Shown piece by piece: positions 13,961-25,061 of a stretch of DNA of 64,000 bases; within the stretch, counting starts at the first letter, position 1; each line of letters begins with the position of its first letter. Below the pieces are notes generated by a model. That model made no database searches and had not been told where the DNA came from. It was given only the letters and a program-made list of their open reading frames with translations. Position numbers and translations under genes: made by a program. Source of the stretch: the human T2T-CHM13v2.0 reference genome, Homo sapiens. The stretch is taken from assembly GCF_009914755.1 (NCBI RefSeq), contig NC_060928.1. One strand, 5' to 3'.

Positions 13961-15169
13961 TCTGTTGCTGTTGTTGCCATTTTATAATCCTTATCTCCAA
14001 GGATAATATATTGGCAAAGCATCACTTATCAACAACAGCCTTGAAGGAGAGAGTTGAAGAGAGTAATTTTTTTTTGACATCACAAGGGTAAATATAAAGC
14101 TGTGTCATTAGTTCAAGTTTAAGCTAAGACTGCTCCAAATTTCCACACATTGAATGTTGAAACCATACTTGACTTTGGCATCAGGCAATGTCATTTAATA
14201 TGTTCATATGGCTTTGCATGCCGTTAAGCATGCACTGTGTATTATTTTATGATGTTTGAGTTGGACTCATACTTTTTGGGTGCACGTATTTGTGTTTTTT
14301 CAGATTCTTGTGAAAACCTGGAGAAACCTGTTTCCAATTTCATGACCGTTTATCACTAATCTAAAATGACTGCAGCATTACCTACAGACCTACAGACAGG
14401 AAGCTCTAAGAATTGGATCCATCATATATTTGCACAGAAGCTCTGTTAAACCAGTTTTATGCTTACATAGATGAAAGTGACAGTCTGATGGGGAAGAGGA
14501 CAAAGTATTATACTTAGCTACAGAATGAAAAAATAATAATTTATGTAATTCAACAAAAGGTAAAGGAACAATGATATTGGTGCTTTCAGTAATTGCTTGA
14601 TCACTGGAAACTTACTGTCTCTTGAAGTTTCTAATATTCTCTACAGAATCACCCTCACCTGGAGTTTTCATTCATGAACAAATTTAAGAGAAAGAAAGCC
14701 AAATCATGGTTTTCCACTTGGGATAGTACCCTTAATCAGGCATAAAGTGCACTTTTCCTGGAAAATCTTCAAACAAGTTTGGAAATATTGCAGCTGTGAA
14801 GTAATTAAGGTACTTGGAGCCTGTAAAGCAATTTATGTGACTATAATCACAAATGTCATCATGTTAGGGTACACTTAATGCTCAAAAACAGCTTGTGCTA
14901 TCCCTTAAAGATTCCTCCTTCTAAACAAATGATCTGTGGTAGTAATGCAAACTTTCCTACTTCAATGATATTTTCATACGCTTGGTCTTTCACAGAGATA
15001 TTTGATACAAATCTATAAAAATGATGCTATATTTAAAGCAACTCATTTAAGAAAATGATTATATTTACTCTATGTTTAAAGATGTTCTTCATATTGTTTT
15101 ATAAAGCAGTTTTGCCTTTAAATTCTTAAGGTCTACAATAAGATATTTTTAACAATTTAGCGTTTTGAA

Positions 15170-15500
15170 CGTAAAAAAGGCTTTTGTGCAAAGATGTTCA
15201 TAGTATCATTATGTAAACCTGCTAATATAGAGAAAGTCAAATAAAACTTTAGAAAATAGTTGAAAAATTTACAGAGAATACACTCATTGGAATACTATGT
15301 AACTGAAAAAAATGTTTATAAATATTAGATAGGAAAAATAATTATAATGACAATGAGAAATACCATCACAAATTTTGCTCTACATGATAATAAAATTTAG
15401 CATTAAAAATTTAGAAATGAGGCAATTAAATGCTATTTTTTTGTGGTGGAACTGTAAGTCATACAAAATAATTCTCCTATATAAATTGTTTCAATAGCAC
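15170..15500 (+). mobile_element. Old L1 (L1ME-like) 3' fragment
   Basis: CAAAGATGTTCATAGTATCATTAT...TGGAATACTATGTAACT resembles a decayed L1 ORF2 end. Confidence 0.45.
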
Positions 15501-15539
15501 TCTATATCTCTTAAAACAATTCCATATTACGAACCATTC

Positions 15540-15995
15540 TTCCCTTATTCTCTGAACTCCAGTCATACTGGCCTTTCAAAAGTTTCTTCTTGCTTGATGA
15601 TTTCCATTTCAACTCTTTCTTCTGCTTGGAATGCTTTCTCCCCTCCAACTGACCTTGACTTCCTTGAGTATTTAACTTGTGATAACTTTAAAATATTAGT
15701 TAATATTTCATTCTCCTGGAAGCCTCTAATTCAACATGGGAAGTAAGGTTGCCCTGGTATGTATTTGCATGCCCCCTTAAAATTCACTTTCTTATCTCTT
15801 CTGGCAATTGCAATTAATTATTTGGGTGATTATTTAATGTCTCTCTCCCACAGTGGAATATATCTATATCTATACCTATATCTATATCTATATCTATCTT
15901 CTATGAGATCAGAGACCATATCTATTATTATCACATAGCAGAGTATATGACACACAGTAGATACTCAATAATTATTTTTTGTCTGTTTGAATAAA
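15540..15995 (+). mobile_element. L2 3' end, containing a (TCTATA)n repeat at ~15862-15898
   Basis: CTCCAGTCATACTGGCCTT...TCTGCTTGGAATGCTTTCTCCCC...GACACACAGTAGATACTCAATAA. Confidence 0.7.
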
Positions 15996-16029
15996 AGTTG
16001 TGGTTCTCTTATGTACATTAACTTATATC

Positions 16030-16555
16030 AGACAAACTCTCCTGCAGAAAAGTTGTAAACATTGGACAAGCTTGTACAAAATATATGCATACATATGTAC
16101 ACACACACACAAACACACACACATCTCTGAAGGCAAATAAGAAGCAAGCAGAAACTGGTGAGCAGTAAACAAGTTGGCAGAAAAGAACCACACCTGTCTA
16201 CTTTCCTCGGTTTATATTTTTTTTTTTCCTGAGGGAAGTTTCAGTCCCCACTGTGAAGGCCAAATCTTTCATAGAAATCTGATCTCTTACCAGCTTGAGG
16301 AATCAGAGGAAAAATTTCTGGGCTCCCACAGCAGCAGGAGAGTAAAGAGGAAAATCCCAGGAGACAGCAACAGAGGCTGAGCCTAAGTTTCTGGCTGTTC
16401 TCTGAACCATGCAATTATAGGGCAGACTTGAAACAGTACAGCTAAGGTTAAAGAAGGGAACCTAAGTTTAGTTGCTGCACACTGCAGAGGCGTACAACTT
16501 GGAGTTCAAGTTCAGCTAAGTTAATTGCCTGCTAACACAAAAAATCAACACTATT
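16030..16555 (+). mobile_element. Old L1M 5' region fragment
   Basis: GAGTTCAAGTTCAGCTAAGTTAATTGCCTGCTAACACAAAAAATCAACACT resembles L1MC/MD-type 5' sequence. Confidence 0.45.
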
Positions 16556-16639
16556 TTGGCCTGGGATTTAAATTCACACAAAAATGTCTCTGAAGAGGCA
16601 GTATTTCTGTTCATACGTGAGAGATTTGTAGGAATTAGG

Positions 16640-17490
16640 AGGAAAATAGAATAAAAATATTTTTGCCACAGAGAAGCAAAGCATGTGTGAATGTCCAATA
16701 TTGGAAAAGGTGGCACATTTGGAGACACAATAAAGACCAATGTGGCTGATGCATAAAAGTGACAGGGAGAGAGAGCGGTATGAGAAGGCTCTGGTATGAG
16801 GCAGAGGGAGAGTAATTTGAAGTCTTATATGTTAGGTTACTTATTCTTCCTTTGTTCTAAGCACTCTCAGAAGACTTCAAAGGGTTTTAAACAGTGTAAT
16901 GATATAATCAGATTTTGTTTTTAAAGATCATTCTGGTTATACAATACAAAAGCAGCTGAGGGCAGAAGTGGATAGAGAAAAAAACAGAATCTCTTGATAT
17001 TTTCCAGCTAGAATCTAATGTGATGTGGGAGTTGGTTAGGCAGAGGAGAATGTAAAGATTGACACCTAGGTTTCTGTCACAAGCCCTGGTAGTTCTATTT
17101 ACCAAGATACATAAGATTAGAGCTGAAGAAAATGTGGAGAAAAGATTAAGAATTGAATATATATGATGTTGATGATGTCACTTGAATATAATTGGGCTGG
17201 AGTTCAGAAAGGAATTATAGTTTAACAATATAAATTTGGAAGTCTTCAACCTAGAAATGGCATTTGAAGCTATAAAAGTGGAAGAAAGCGTAATGAGAAA
17301 GGGTACAATGAGACACAAAGTGGACTGTGAACAATCCCTTAGGAATTTCACTATTTAAAGTTGAGGTAGAGAAGAGCCAACAAGGAAACTGAGAATTAGG
17401 AGCTTACAGGGAAAAGAGAATAGAGCCAGCAGGATGTGGTGTCATAATACCCAGGAAAAGACCTGCTTTCATGAAAGAGGAAGGAATGAG
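16640..17490 (-). mobile_element. L2 fragment
   Basis: Purine-rich antisense L2: CAGATTTTGTTTTTAAAGATCATTCTGG, CTGGAGTTCAGAAAG, TATAAATTTGGAAGTC. Confidence 0.75.
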
Positions 17491-18079
17491 AACAGAGTAA
17501 GTGGTGAACTAACCCTTCTGGAGATGATGATTATAAAATCTTGAAACATTTTTTTTTTTGCAAATTTGAAGGCACAGACAGTAATGCAAGGGTTCAACCC
17601 ATGAAAGGTGGGAACTGAACCTGTTGAAGCTGGGTGAGAGGTTCCAGGTTGTCTATTATACTTTCTATATATCTGAAATATTTAGTAATATTCGTGTATG
17701 TTTATATATTATTTTTAAAGATAAAATTATCTCAAACATGTTTTAAAGCTGATCAAATCAAGCCCTAGAGTACTGAGTTCAAGATAGAGGATGAAGAATG
17801 AATAATGGAGATTCTCTGAATCCAATGCTAACTAACTAAATTTTACCATGCAATGATTACATAATGCTTATTAAACCACTATATTTCTAGTTATATTAAG
17901 ATTTCAAACTATAGATGCAACATACCAGCTCAGTATCCAAACAGAGACCATAAAATAGAGTTTAGATAATAATAGCAAGACCATAGGCCAATTTGATGAA
18001 GTGTACAATGCAAATGATCAAGATTTCAGAGATTTTCCATATTCCTTTAAATAAATGTTTATTGAAGATCATCAAAGTT

Positions 18080-18210
18080 CTTAAAAGCACAGACTCCAGA
18101 CTTAGACTCTAATAGTTCCATCCTTTAGTGTCACTTGGGCAAATTTATTTAATCTCTTTAAGACTGAATTTACTTGTCTCTAAAATGGTGATAATACTAC
18201 TGCTTATCCT
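18080..18210 (+). mobile_element. MIR
   Basis: CACTTGGGCAAATTTATTTAATCTCT...CTAAAATGGTGATAATA. Confidence 0.6.
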
Positions 18211-18559
18211 ATCTAAATTCCCGACCACAGTGCTTCATACATATTTCAACAATGATGAAGATAGTCAATAATCGTAGTTCTGAAATAAAATTCAGAAACT
18301 AAGAATACATTTCAAAAATGTACAGATACACACATGTACACACATATTCACAGAAAGATTGAGAGTAGCAATGTAGTAATAAATAACACTGAAATAAAGA
18401 ACAGTTAAAGAACCCATTATTTCCCTGATGAGTTTTTAAAAGTATATAACCTTGTCTTGCAGATAAAAGTATTTTATGAATTAGGTGACATTTAATTTGA
18501 ACAGTATGTTCATAAAAATTAGAAATTTGACCTCTGAAGACAATTTCACTGGCTTTATT

Positions 18560-18715
18560 TCTTAGCTCTACCTTTTACTCCTCATGAAACCTTGTGATAT
18601 TTATGAAACTCTTCATGCCTCAGCTCGCTTATCTGCAAAATGGGGATAATAAAGTCCCTGTGTCGTGAGAATTAAACAAATATATATGAATGTGGCACAG
18701 GCTAGCGAAATGTTC
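18560..18715 (+). mobile_element. MIR
   Basis: TGCCTCAGCTCGCTTATCTGCAAAATGGGGATAAT...GTGAGAATTAAA. Confidence 0.7.
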
Positions 18716-19072
18716 ACCAGTCCCATTGTTTCTTCTCAGTCTTGGAAGATTGCATCTCCTTGTTTCCCTTTCAGTGAGCTTGAGGCAACACCACTGTGTT
18801 CCTGCTGGAGGAGTATGGTTTGAAGTGATGTCTGCCCCTTCCATGTCTGCCAACATAATATTTGGCAGAGTCTTTGTTCTCTCAATTTGCTTGTCGGCCA
18901 TTTGAAGTAGAATTGGAAAGAATCAGCATCCTTGATTAACACGTGGAAGGCTGCCTCTTGAAAATCCAATTAAATGAGACTTGGATCAGAAATAGAGACC
19001 TTCACTGTCTTAAGCCACTGGTTTTTGGTGAGTGCTTTATACAGCACTAGCTATGTTTTTCCTGAGTACTAC
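18716..19072 (+). mobile_element. Old MLT1 LTR (MLT1I/J-like)
   Basis: Ends with an MLT1-type 3' motif GAAATAGAGACCTTCACTGTCTTAAGCCACTG...ACAGCACTAGCT. Confidence 0.5.
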
Positions 19073-20545
19073 CACAGCACTTAGAGCAGTGGCTGGCCAG
19101 CTAGCTAGTATTCAGTAATTGCTAGCATTTAAAAATATTGCCAGACCACCATGAGGCCCAATTTCAGAAAATACATTGAGTATGGAAAAAGACTCCAAAT
19201 ATCACAAATAAGATTTCTTAATTATAAAAAGAAAACTTGAACTTAAAACCTAGCATGGAAAAGATTACATTCTGTGTTAACATCTAATATCAGTAGCAGA
19301 TTATATTTATTGAAACAGGGTTCCCACCAAATTTAGAGAGGTAAGCTAACAAGCTAGCATTGTTAGATAAATGGTGTTATTGCCTCTAGCTATTTGATCT
19401 CTGCTGAGTACCATATTACCTACTATGTGGATTGTCCTTAATTCAGTGGCACTCTAGATATTGTTCCCAATTCATTAACTAATTTTCTTTTTCTCCAGAT
19501 AGAAAGAATATGGTTTTCATATTTTTTACAAGTGCTGTAAATTGTATTGACTACATGTATAAGTTAGAAAAATATGAAAATATATCAAAAGCACAGAAAA
19601 ATGTGCTTCTTTGTGTAACATTTAAACAATATATACCATGGTGGAACATCAGATATTTAAAAATAAAAATAATTACTCCATTTGGTATCATGCAACATCT
19701 TTCAAAGCACCATATAAATTTTAAATAAACAGCTGAGCAGAAATTTTCAACCAGCACGGGAATACACAAATACTTATATTTTTTCCATATGGGAAGAAAT
19801 TATCTACATTACAGTCATTTTATTGTTCATTGCAGAGGGTTATGTGAAGCAGATTGAATTGAACTTTTTTATTTCCTTTAGAAAACCAAACCTGGAGTTT
19901 TTTTTTTTTTTTTCTGCAAGAAATTGCGTATAGATTTAGCACATTCACTGAACCCTATTACAGGTATTTTTTAACCAGAGCCAACAACTGCGAACTTCTC
20001 TTAATCGCTCACTGACTACAGGGTGTGTGTTAACAGAAGACACACAGAAGCCATAAAGGAAATCGCCCCCAGCTGTCTATGACCTTAATATTCAGATATC
20101 CATGTTTCCATATCCTTTCCCAAAGCGGGGGTGCATGAAAAAGCTTCTAGTTCTCATGTGTTTTTATTCTTATTCATGGAAACACCTAAAGTAGTAACAG
20201 AATCTTATAGTGATGTTCAGGTAATCACCAGCTTCCTCATTAAAAGGGATCCCTCCTAGTGTTATAAGCATTTCCATTCCCTTTCAGGACTTTTTCCTCT
20301 TAGTTGAACATGTTAGAGGTACTCTAAGCACACAGGAAAAACTATTCTGGGTAATTCTACTTCAAAATCTAAGTAAGGCTTTTTTTTTAAATGAAATCCC
20401 TTTACCTCAATATGATTTCTTCCAATTCTAAAACAAAAGTTAACAACAATGATAGAACAAAAAACAAAACTCAAGATCAGAACCGAATTTCCCTTATCTT
20501 TTTTATCAAATATGTGCTTTGTGCACTGTATAAAACTTGAGTTAT

Positions 20546-20999
20546 TAAGAGAGGAGACCACTCCTCATATTGTCTTATGCCCAATTTCTGCCTCCAAAGA
20601 AAGAAAAAGTAAAAAGTAAAAGGCAGAAATGAAATCCACAGGCAGACAGCCCGGCGCCACGCCCTGGGCCTGGTTAAAGATCGACCCCTGACCTAACGGG
20701 TTATCTATAGATTCCAGACATTGTATGGAAAAGCACTGTGAAAATCCCTGTCCTGTTCTGTTCCATTCTGATTACCAGCACATGCAGCCCCCAGTCACAT
20801 ACCCCCTGCTTGCTCAATTGATCACAACCGTCTCACACAGACCCCCTTAGAGTTGTAAGCCCTTAAAAGGACAGGAATTGCTCACTCGGAGAGCTCAGTT
20901 TTTGGAGACGTGAGTCTTGCCGAAGCTCCCAGCCGAATAAAGCCCTTCCTTCTTTAACTCGGTGTCTGAGGGGTTTTGTCTGTGGCTTGTACTGCTACA
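20546..20999 (+). mobile_element. LTR2 solo LTR (HERV-E/Harlequin, ERV1)
   Basis: TAAGAGAGGAGACCACTCCTCATATTGTCTTATGCCC...CTGCTACA matches LTR2 end to end (~454 bp); TATA-like CTTAAAA at ~20862, AATAAA at ~20936; flanks TTAT / GTAT give an imperfect 4-bp TSD. Confidence 0.92.
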
Positions 21000-21039
21000 G
21001 TATTAGTTGTTTAACTTCCTCTCTTATTGAGATTGAATG

Positions 21040-21450
21040 ACCTTTATATTTGGGCACAGTGGTAGGTTCAAAATACACAAATATGAAGACAGAGTCTGGC
21101 CCTTCATGGAGCTCACAATTGAATTAGTAAGAAAACCAATGAGGAAATACATGATTAACAATATTTTGATTAATAATCAGTGATAAATAATATTGTTTGA
21201 TGAGAATTATAATGAATATATAGACACATAGATGTATTTTGTGTCTACCTTCTGGGAAGACACCTTCCTCTACCTTCTGGGAAGAGGAAATAGGAGGTCA
21301 GACAATACTATGATTCTTGAGACCTTGAGATTAAAGTTGGAGAACAGAAAGGCATTATAGCTACAGGTGAAAATGCATGTACAAATGTGTGGTAATGCAA
21401 ACAGGATGACCCTCAGAATCCTGAATTCAGGATGGTTGGGTTAGAGTAAA
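21040..21450 (-). mobile_element. L2 fragment (degenerate)
   Basis: GACAGAGTCTGGCCCTTCATGGAGCTCACAATT is typical of antisense L2. Confidence 0.5.
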
Positions 21451-23039
21451 CAACGGGTATAGCACATACAAAAGGAGATAGACGGGGTTTTATATGACCT
21501 ATATATATTCAAATTTGTATAAAAGGTATTCTCCCAAATGATTCATATCCATTTCAGTTTTATATGAAACAAAACAAACAAACAAAAACACACCAAAAAC
21601 AGCAGGAATGAAACAGAAAAGCAACTGTATTTGATGAAATAATTCAGAGAGGAAACATTGGAGCAAATATCTGAAAAATGGCACCCATTTCTGAGAATAA
21701 GTGAGAGAGGCAGCCAATGTCTTTAATTTTTTTCTATTCCTCTATTTCTCTGGGATTATGATACCATAGAGAGAGAATTTGTGTAAGTTGCTTTCAATTT
21801 CTAATCAATGGGTTGCAGTTAGGGTTTGTTTTCATAAGTAACTTCCACTACTTAGAGTGCAATTGTGGAGCTATACCTCCTTGAAACTACAAAACAGCTG
21901 AATCATTCCTATCCTCATCCAAGTCCTCCTTTGAACCCCAAAATCCAAAGAAGTCCAAAGTTCAAAGAAATATGACCACTAGTATCTTTTCCCACATGGT
22001 CAGTTTGTTGACTTTAGTCTTTGTAAAATAAAGCAGCCTCAGGGTAAAATGGTATTCTCAAATTAGCTTTACTATTTCTAGATGAATATATTACTTTGGG
22101 TTTATTTTGTAATGAAAAAGAATACAGATTTAATTATGGTCATAGTCAAATGTGTTCTCTGAGAAAGATACGGCAGTGTCCTTGCACATATTTGCTTATA
22201 AAGTTACCCAAGCTGACTTCATTTGCAGTCACTCAGCAGCTTCCTTCTAACAGTCAAGTCAAAAATCATGAGGCTCAGTTGCTGTGGCAGTCTGCAGAAC
22301 AAGTATGGTGGCAGTACGGCTGTAGAAACCACAAAGTATGCTGATAAAACGAGTTATTTGCTCAGTAATCTTTCAGAAGATAAATCTAGAACAGAAGATG
22401 TGATACTCTACAAATATTATTCCTTTTCTCCCATTGTATAAGGTCTCAATCCTTAGAAAATTTTTAAAAGGTTTTACTAAAGATGTCTCGTGAAATAGGT
22501 ATTGTTATATCCATTTTGGGAGAGGGCAAAGCATGCATCCCAAATACATTTACAGAACTGTAAGTTTGGAAAGGATATGAAATACATTGGCTCAACTCTT
22601 TTCTATGCACAAAAAAAAAAAAAACTAGCTGTGAGAGATAAAATGGCTTTCTCAAAGTCACATAGTGAACAAGCAGAGACGATCAGAGAATGCAGGTTCT
22701 TCTTCCATGCTCTTTCCTATAGCTTGCAGCTGCATTGTGCTACTAAATATTCAGAAGAAAATTAAAATAATTTTTAAAAACTTATACCTTGGCCAATTTG
22801 AATGGTTTCCCACACAGATAAAGCATCCCCCTAGGTCATACACAGTATCCTCTTAGGCATATACTTGCCCGCATATATGCAGTCCTCACAGTAGAGTGCA
22901 CTGCATAGATGAAGAAATAATTATACCTGCATATGGTTTATCCATGAATAGAAGAGCATTATCTCTAAAATTTTTAAACAAAGACTTTCATTTCTTTTGT
23001 ACCACAAAAGCATTCTAAAATTTAGATTCCGGCATCAGA

Positions 23040-23250
23040 GCATGGGACTGAGAAGAATATTTCAGAGTGCACATAGCCAAGTCATCTCACTTTATATATG
23101 AAAAAAAGGCTGAGGTCATAAAAATAGAAGTGACTTGCATATGGTCACACTCAGCCAAATTATGCCTGACAAATAATCTTTACAAAGTATTCATGTACTA
23201 TAGATCTCTTGGATCCTAATCCAGAGATTTATTCCTCCATGGAGTTTTAA
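23040..23250 (-). mobile_element. MIR fragment
   Basis: GGCTGAGGTCA...AAGTGACTTGCATATGGTCACAC. Confidence 0.5.
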
Positions 23251-24335
23251 ATTGTGTTTTCCCTTGCAGAGAATACATAAATATAAAATAAATAAAATTA
23301 TTCAAGTGGAATTTAATCAAACCTAAATCAATTTTCTAGGTGAAGAAAATTAGTTCCAAACATTTGACCCTTGAAGCTCATTAGACCATGGCTTCTCTGC
23401 ATGCTACATTTTCTAGACTCAGCATATTTTTATGACAATCAACAGCACTTCTAGAGTTTCCAACATATATGACATTTTAAGAATGCAAAATAAACACACA
23501 TACACACAAAGCAATTTCAAGAATGGAATTCAATTTTCTTCTAGTTGATAAATAAATTAATCTTTCTGAAATGAAAGTTCTGTAAGAGATAATATTGTAA
23601 TATCTTAATATTAATATTAATAATATTAATAATTAATATAAATAATATTGTCTATTTTTATTTCTGTCATATACACAGTGTCTAGAACAGTGTTGGCACA
23701 AAGTAGTATTCTTAAAAATGATTACTGAATGAAGAATAGAATTATTGGAACAAAATTGCTGTTATTACACAGGAAGTTCACATAAAAAAAATCATAGAGT
23801 AGGGAGGTTTGATTTATATTAGCTTTCTCAAAATGTATTGAGAAAAACATAAGATCTACTTATAATATTAATTACTTAACACAATCCTTAAAAAAGTATA
23901 TGAGCAAACATGCTCCACATTTGATAAACTGTTCTGGACACTCACAATGAATTTGCCTATCTGGGAACCCACATTGATAATAATGATAAGGAAAAAAACT
24001 TGTTGAAATTATTTTAACTAACAATTTTCCTAAACTCATTTTACCACAGAATGCTCTTCTTCCCTAAACCTGGTATGAGACACCAATCGTGCTGTGGAAA
24101 TTGTGATTGATGGAGTACATGGAAATGCCACAGAAAGAAAATGCAATACACTGGAAATTTTACAACTGTCAAAAACTATAAACAATTTAATTTTGTAAAG
24201 AATATTTTTCAAGACTCTTTAACTTTTCTCAAATTCTTAAAATATGTATAGAGAACTTTTAACCATAGTTAATCAAATGCCTGAAAGATAGAGTTCTTAA
24301 CTCACATGAAATGTAAAATAAATTTCCTCAACTTG

Positions 24336-25061
24336 AACCACAATGAGATACCATCTCACACCAGTTAGAATGGCAATCATTCAAAAGTCAGGAAACAACA
24401 GGTGCTGGAGAGGATGTGGAGAAATAGGAACACTTTGACACTGTTGGTGGGACTGTAAACTAGTTCAACCATTGTGGAAGTCAGTGTGGCGATTCCTCAG
24501 GCATCTAGAACTAGAAATACCATTTGACCCAGCCAATCCCATTACTGGGTATATACCCAAAGGACTATAAATCATGCTGCTATAAAGACACATGCACATG
24601 TATGTTTATTGCGGCATTATTCACAATAGCAAAGACTTGGAACCAACCCAAATGTCCAACAATGATAGACTGGATTAAGAAAATGTGGCACATATACACC
24701 ATGGAATACTATGCAGCCATAAAAAATGATGAGTTCATGTCCTTTGTAGGGACATGGCTGAAATTGGAAAACATCATTCTCAGTAAACTATCGCAAGAAC
24801 AAAAAACCAAACACCGCATATTCTCACTCATAGGTGGGAATTGAACGAGATCACATGGACACAGGAAGGGGAATATCACACTCTGGGGACTGTTGTGGGG
24901 TGGGGGGAGCGGGGAGGGATAGCATTAGGAGATATACCTAATGCTAGATGACGAGTTAGTGGGTGCAGTGCACCAGCATGGCACATGTATACATATGTAA
25001 CTAACCTGCACAATGTGCACATGTACCCTAAAACTTAAAGTATAATAATAATAATAAAAAA
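24336..25061 (+). mobile_element. 5'-truncated L1PA2-like LINE-1 (ORF2 C-terminus, 3'UTR, poly(A))
   Basis: ORF 24524-24844 encodes the L1 ORF2 C-terminus ending SLIGGN; 3'UTR has GCTAGATGACGAGTTAGTGGG (GAG, not the Ta ACA) and a G-rich tract; no TSD visible. Confidence 0.93.

Noticed and set aside
23590-23650. AT-only quasi-palindrome
   Set aside because: Low-complexity (AATATT)-type sequence; self-complementarity is expected from its composition.
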